The notes beneath the pieces were generated by a model. That model worked only from the letters and a program-made list of their open reading frames with translations. It searched no databases and was not told the origin of the DNA. A DNA stretch of 64,000 nucleotides from positions 1 to 64,000 of the IMG/VR virus record IMGVR_UViG_3300028563_000011. One strand, written 5' to 3'. The DNA is from a virus. The position numbers were made by a program, and so were the translations under genes. This document shows positions 63,873 through 64,000 of this stretch, one piece after another (position 1 is the first letter of the stretch; each line of letters opens with the position of its first letter).

Positions 63873-64000
63873 CGTCCCCTACCATAATCCCCAAACTCAA
63901 CTGGAACACGAAAGGTCTCAGGACCTTGACCCGCTGCATTGGCCTCTGCTAACATACGGTCAAACAATTCAGGTATTTCGGGCATAGGATGAAGTTCATC

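Noticed and set aside
1-64000. tRNA, rRNA, integrase, IS elements
   Set aside because: None recognised by eye; a tRNAscan-SE/ARAGORN run would be needed to exclude tRNAs formally.

Overview
A 64-kb stretch of a tailed dsDNA phage (siphovirus-type tail), most likely infecting an alphaproteobacterium (GcrA homologue, DUF3309-like and DUF2061-like host-type genes). Layout: (1) 1-3.3 kb leftward genes (PyrE-like PRTase, vWA, frameshifted SLOG-like gene, GcrA). (2) 3.35-5.15 kb non-coding divergent control region with dense hairpins, a candidate sRNA and iteron-like repeats. (3) 5.2-27 kb rightward early/middle arm of mostly small genes, ending in a resolvase and SbcD/SbcC. (4) 27-64 kb leftward late arm: dCTP deaminase, a glycosyl-/methyltransferase cluster, MuF, head module, tail and lysis. 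Portal, terminase and DNA polymerase are not in the window. Main observations: (a) about 26 copies of a covarying intergenic RNA hairpin punctuate the early arm gene by gene. Most can refold into a second, mutually exclusive hairpin just before a conserved ATAGGAGAGAGA ribosome-binding site, suggesting a cleave-and-refold mRNA segmentation system. (b) The head module looks like a cargo system: a prohead protease apparently split over two genes and fused to an Acb1-like 2H phosphoesterase, plus cargo proteins with shared leaders, hydrophobic-x-Lys junctions and NPxHD..G.F modules. (c) Three Ser-Arg/Ser-Trp dipeptide-repeat peptides, one translationally coupled to an Sm-like gene. All family calls come from motif recognition by eye; no database search or folding program was run.
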